From Candidatus Komeilibacteria bacterium (GTDB lineage Bacteria > Patescibacteriota > Patescibacteriia > UBA1558 > GWA2-36-10): a DNA stretch of 64,000 nt. How positions within the stretch are numbered: the stretch's first letter is position 1; each line of letters starts with the position of its first letter. Location of the stretch: NCBI GenBank assembly GCA_018656065.1, contig JABHZY010000024.1, positions 288,970-352,969 of the forward strand, in the 5' to 3' direction. Below the pieces are notes generated by a model, which had not been told where the DNA came from, did not search any database, and saw only the letters and a program-made list of their open reading frames with translations. Below are positions 63,801 to 64,000 of this stretch, in pieces. The position numbers were made by a program, and so were the translations under genes.

Positions 63801-64000
63801 CACATAAAAAATGCTAACATTGGCCCAGTGACTAAATTAGCCCCTAATTCTTTACTCCACTTTGAATAAAAAGATTTTGTATATGGAAATATGTTAGAAA
63901 TAAAAGCTAACGGAGATAATACAATCACTACCCACAGAGCCACAATTCTCATAGTCAACATCATGACCATTACTCCCATAATTACAATCAAAATTAATAT
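60809..64000 (-). CDS. VirB6/TrbL-like polytopic membrane protein with a ~900-aa hydrophilic C-terminal extension; 5'-partial
   Basis: The track ORF begins at a TTG (63991), but the frame stays open to the window edge. N-terminal TM helices (IVALWVVIVLSPLAFISNIF, LVTGPMLAFFMWLTFTIVG, NYIVAIALLLAGI) are followed by Gly/Ala/Lys-rich repeats and a long acidic coiled region. Confidence 0.55.
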   Translation of the reverse strand: MLILIVIMGVMVMMLTMRIVALWVVIVLSPLAFISNIFPYTKSFYSKWSKELGANLVTGPMLAFFMWLTFTIVGNGTVSTTFMAGEGTAGPTEFLGTSNMVNYIVAIALLLAGIKQAAASGAAGANMASKGMSMIQNSASKFARRYPMALGKRLAAGAARGLIDDKGKAKSLQQGFKNLAKSRLGQRLQRTAVAGKLTTAGTWVGTKTKDSRLGQSTVGGWVGKGGAALGKKAIGAQWNKVPFYGGRLQRAAMKAQGQHAAMVEEFQAEDEKYISPKHRGEFEASQGAASGGPSLASTASGIGKAGKAIAGLGQEIAGTKAGQKIAGTKAGQKIAGAGKAVSGAGKWVAGTKVGRATAATGQFVAEVTPDAVRKVADIGLGDAYSKASSLGGDKDRRIMASKIKVDREEVSSAQEAAEIEELLESVNDQPRLDKLRKQWGNAYTKDEDVDRAFNESDARQIFGPQKAEAAWDEIEDVPMDGAVKLIEGALRDVDSLGLDIGKALLAKDKSGRINWTKVLEFVAKAKMDAMPDLEKATAGGDLVNGTTNEDTGISEMGFNNKGAVELDSQHELVKLTDALMQAYPQQAAEVKEHLEALLNAGVSEGTYNFDDDSVNHIRQGATESNENFEGRKISTKEKWDDNNDRFNAVRTAWGKANGIEGEEDWTAEKRAEFQGTSQFKNASQELYSGRRILMGAANNEDKKKLDAILAEATTSHDEGVTSDEDYERIQQAHQQAISESSLMNWDEMSDGELIETAVGMKAPEREIVQKVEVTEADVKARREEDLSAYSKEDFQARADTDGISLSKAKDVMRQETEDKARQDLDDEAIQTQKKAQGVKNDEFVAATEKYDEKKKDGTLSGDVSRALDGVRNSADGKRLVEVNAKISDLQGLNAGAGPQDQAAQEKIAKLMFEQNKLMRKQSHAKKAAIGLDAEAIDSKNHFSRAILKGSTDGMDYSRLQEMNLKNPADKHLFDQLARVATQDQQRQLLQEANPDQIKSFAETLVKTGQKLNKMITDNLTPTVKREVFTEAYVIRVLREGGTKKAAERKAAGWNLKQLGDEVK
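62994..63057. repeat. perfect 27-bp tandem repeat (2.4 copies) inside the VirB6-like gene
   Basis: CCTGCAATTTTCTGTCCAGCTTTAGTG occurs at 62994-63020 and 63021-63047, then CCTGCAATTT. It encodes AGTKAGQKI AGTKAGQKI AG. Confidence 0.9.

Noticed and set aside
48440-64000. T4SS-like genes as part of an integrative conjugative element or plasmid fragment
   Set aside because: No relaxase, coupling protein, integrase, replication or partition genes, or att-like repeats are seen. Essential genes (rpsF, ssb, rpsR, efp, recG) are interleaved, and composition is uniform by eye with the rest of the window. The gene beyond the right edge could not be inspected.

Overview
The window is AT-rich (about one-third GC by eye), densely packed and uses the standard code; TGA acts as a stop, for example at smpB. 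The gene content suggests a Candidate Phyla Radiation/Patescibacteria-type bacterial chromosome, but this taxonomic call is inference. The supporting signs are compact housekeeping genes, a type IV pilus locus without a secretin, PrgI/VirB4/VirB6-type secretion genes, a GIY-YIG gene embedded in short GC-rich repeats, and many Cys-rich exported proteins.

Layout:
- 1-10.2 kb holds mixed housekeeping and accessory genes. These are a partial YigZ, a PfkB kinase with a structured leader, smpB directly followed by tmRNA, and infC (ATT start)-rpmI-rplT. They are followed by VanZ, an EamA transporter fused to a riboflavin-kinase domain, a secreted papain-like protease, and tRNA-Asp.
- 10.2-39.7 kb is one co-directional minus-strand array. 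It runs UbiA-family prenyltransferase, lgt, DsbA-like, gatA, gatC, ligA, then a complete type IV pilus locus. The pilus locus contains a PilX-like protein, 3 minor pilins, pilD, 3 tandem pilin paralogs, a GIY-YIG cassette, pilC, a PilT-like protein with degenerate catalytic motifs, a CheY-like receiver, pilB, and PilO/PilN/PilM. It is headed by a 778-aa Cys-rich exoprotein and three paralogous secreted fibre-like proteins carrying GIGT repeats.
- 39.8-48.4 kb holds lemA, htpX, clpC, comF, three tRNAs (Ser-GCT, Arg-GCG, Ser-TGA) and recG.
- 48.4-64 kb holds a minus-strand type-IV-secretion-like set: a pilin-like two-helix protein, a PD40 beta-propeller, a VirB4 ATPase, a PrgI-like protein and a giant VirB6-like protein that runs off the window. 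The rpsF-ssb-rpsR-efp operon and a convergent methyltransferase gene interrupt this set.

Most interesting observations:
- the fibre-protein paralog family at the head of the pilus locus
- the PilT-like pseudo-ATPase
- the minimal T4SS-like set
- a riboswitch-like leader upstream of the PfkB kinase
- stems clamping the tRNA transcription units
- the transporter-riboflavin-kinase fusion

All homology calls come from motif recognition by eye. No database search was run.
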